NCBI GenBank assembly: GCA_963745835.1
Contig: CAVUZH010000022.1
Span: 1-64,000, forward strand
Direction: 5' to 3'
From: an uncultured delta proteobacterium
GTDB taxonomy: Bacteria > Desulfobacterota > Binatia > UBA9968
DNA: 64,000 nucleotides
The translations under genes and the position numbers were made by a program. Below the pieces are notes generated by a model, which saw nothing but the letters and a program-made list of their open reading frames with translations, was not told the origin of the DNA and searched no databases. Numbering within the stretch: position 1 is the first letter of the stretch; each line of letters opens with the position of its first letter. Shown piece after piece: positions 62,380-64,000 of the stretch.

Positions 62380-63522
62380 TTGACGCTCTGCATCGTCCCC
62401 TGCTCTAACTTCATGCCATCGATGATGGTGGCAACATTGGGGATCGCCTTGCCTGAAATCAGGCAGTCGTTCTCGCTCTCTGAGGTCGAGGCGGCAAGCC
62501 TGTTCTCGGTTCTCATGATCGTCGCGGCCGTCACCAGCACTGTTGCGGGTCGTTTTGCTGACAGGTACGGCCGCAAGACGATATTAATCTCAGGCTTGAG
62601 CCTTTTGGCCGCCGGTTTTGCCTTGGCCGGTATTACTTCTAGTCGCCTCTTGTTTTTCTTGTCTCTCGGAATCACCGGATTGGGCTACGGCTTTACGCCG
62701 CCGGCGCTCTATGCCGTGATGTCGGATCTGCTACCCAACAAACGCGGTCTCGGCGCTAGCCTGGTTTCGGTTGCATACGGCATCGGCGGCGCCATCGGCG
62801 CCGTCTTGGCCAGCCGGATCATCGCCGTCTCGGGGTGGCGCGCAGCCTTTGTCACCGTTGGAGTCATTGCCGCAGTGATCATGTTGCTGCAGCTATATTG
62901 GATCCGCAATATCCGCTCGATTAAATCCGCCGTCCGCGGCGGATCTTTCAGAGGCTCTCTCTCGCTGCCGCTGTTGATTCTCGCCTTGGCCGAGTTCATT
63001 GGCGGATCGGTTTTCTGGAGCTCGGCGGCCTGGAGCCCAACCTTGCTGCGAAGCGATAAAGCGCTCACACTAAAAGAAACCGGTTGGGTCATGGGCGTGC
63101 TGAGCCTGGCAAACATGCTGGGCTCGTTCTGCTTAGGCGCTTTATCCGACAGGTTGGGCCGGCGCCGGGTAATCGTGCTGAGCTCGTTTCCGGCGGCGGT
63201 GGCGGCGTTCGTAGTTTACTTTTGGTTGCAATCGCTCCTTGGACTCGCCCTCGGTATGCTTGTGTTTGGTATGCTCAAGGCTTCGGTGCCTGCCTTGGTG
63301 GTTGCCTTGGCGCAAGAAGCCTCGCCGCCGGCAAGCGCCGGTACTGCCAGCGGCATTATCATGGCGCTCCACTACACCGCAGGAGTGATAGCGCCGCTAA
63401 TTGCGGCGAAATTGATCTCCGGCACCGGAGATATTGTCTTGGCGATGATCCTTTGCACTTCAGTCCCCTTGCTGCTCTATGGCACTCTCATCGCAACGGT
63501 GCGGGGGCGCGGCAATAGTTAG
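62380..63522 (+). CDS. MFS transporter
   Basis: GRFADRYGRK and GALSDRLGRRR motif A; about 12 TM. Confidence 0.92.
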   Translation: MTLCIVPCSNFMPSMMVATLGIALPEIRQSFSLSEVEAASLFSVLMIVAAVTSTVAGRFADRYGRKTILISGLSLLAAGFALAGITSSRLLFFLSLGITGLGYGFTPPALYAVMSDLLPNKRGLGASLVSVAYGIGGAIGAVLASRIIAVSGWRAAFVTVGVIAAVIMLLQLYWIRNIRSIKSAVRGGSFRGSLSLPLLILALAEFIGGSVFWSSAAWSPTLLRSDKALTLKETGWVMGVLSLANMLGSFCLGALSDRLGRRRVIVLSSFPAAVAAFVVYFWLQSLLGLALGMLVFGMLKASVPALVVALAQEASPPASAGTASGIIMALHYTAGVIAPLIAAKLISGTGDIVLAMILCTSVPLLLYGTLIATVRGRGNS

Positions 63523-63603
63523 GCATCGTAGTATTAAAAATTTGCTCCTATCCAAAGTTGAGGCCTCATTTCGAAGGATTTTTCCAGGATATCCGCAACC
63601 CCC

Positions 63604-63918
63604 TCAGCGAAGCCACGAGAGAGTCAGCACAAGCAACATGCCAGCGAGCATGCCGCTGACTGCGCTTCTGGTGATATAGGCAACGGCAATCGTCAGAGCC
63701 AATGACAGGGCTCGCGCCGGAGCAAGGTGCAATTCGAACTTGCCACCCGTCATAAAGAGCGTCACGGCGATGATGCTGCAAATAAAAGCGTAGGATAAAT
63801 AGCGCAACAGCCGGTCCAAGTATTCGGGAAATCTCCGGCCGACAAAAATCAGCTGCGGCAGGGCGCGCACGGCGAAGGCCATGAATCCCATGATCAAGAT
63901 AATGCCGATGCGCGACAT
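63604..63918 (-). CDS. azlD: AzlD branched-chain amino acid exporter subunit
   Basis: IILIMGFMAFAVRALP...LLRYLSYA...RSAVSGMLAGM. Confidence 0.8.
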   Translation of the reverse strand: MSRIGIILIMGFMAFAVRALPQLIFVGRRFPEYLDRLLRYLSYAFICSIIAVTLFMTGGKFELHLAPARALSLALTIAVAYITRSAVSGMLAGMLLVLTLSWLR

Positions 63919-64000
63919 TTCCACTGTTCCGCCCCCCAGACCAAAATTGCCACAAGGCTCGCCGTGACCAACCAACCCCAGCCGGGGCTCGCGAGAGCAC
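63894..64000 (-). CDS. C-terminal end of probable AzlC protein (partial)
   Basis: Hydrophobic frame ALASPGWGWLVTASLVAILVWGAEQW overlapping the azlD start. Confidence 0.55.
   Translation of the reverse strand, partial: ALASPGWGWLVTASLVAILVWGAEQWKCRASALS

Overview
Bacterial genomic DNA of moderately high GC. The abundance of orphan substrate-binding proteins, amidohydrolases and short intergenic repeats resembles Candidatus Binatota/deltaproteobacterial MAGs, but this is an inference only. Bases 1-10354 (minus strand) hold the 5' part of an extracellular contractile injection system (eCIS, Afp/PVC-like). The order is: a sigma-54 activator with no visible N-terminal sensory domain, DUF3467, DUF4255/Pvc16, a putative structural protein, sheath 1, tube 1, sheath 2, tube 2, a small protein, a LysM tube-initiator, and a late-control-D/hub protein that runs off the window edge. 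The activator is flanked by three GTGTAAC palindromic boxes and candidate -24/-12 promoters. The eCIS genes are broken by many single-base indels, probably long-read errors. The remaining ~54 kb is housekeeping/metabolic DNA: class I fumarase, M1 aminopeptidase, UvrD-like helicase, TrmJ-like methyltransferase, Fpg/Nei, RfbD, a molybdopterin oxidoreductase, MFS transporters and many solute-binding proteins. It also carries a family of CTAG-flanked structured ~150-bp MITE-like repeats, a second ~215-bp palindromic element, 9-bp GTTC tandem arrays and a lone candidate HEPN gene. No rRNA, tRNA, CRISPR array or transposase was seen.
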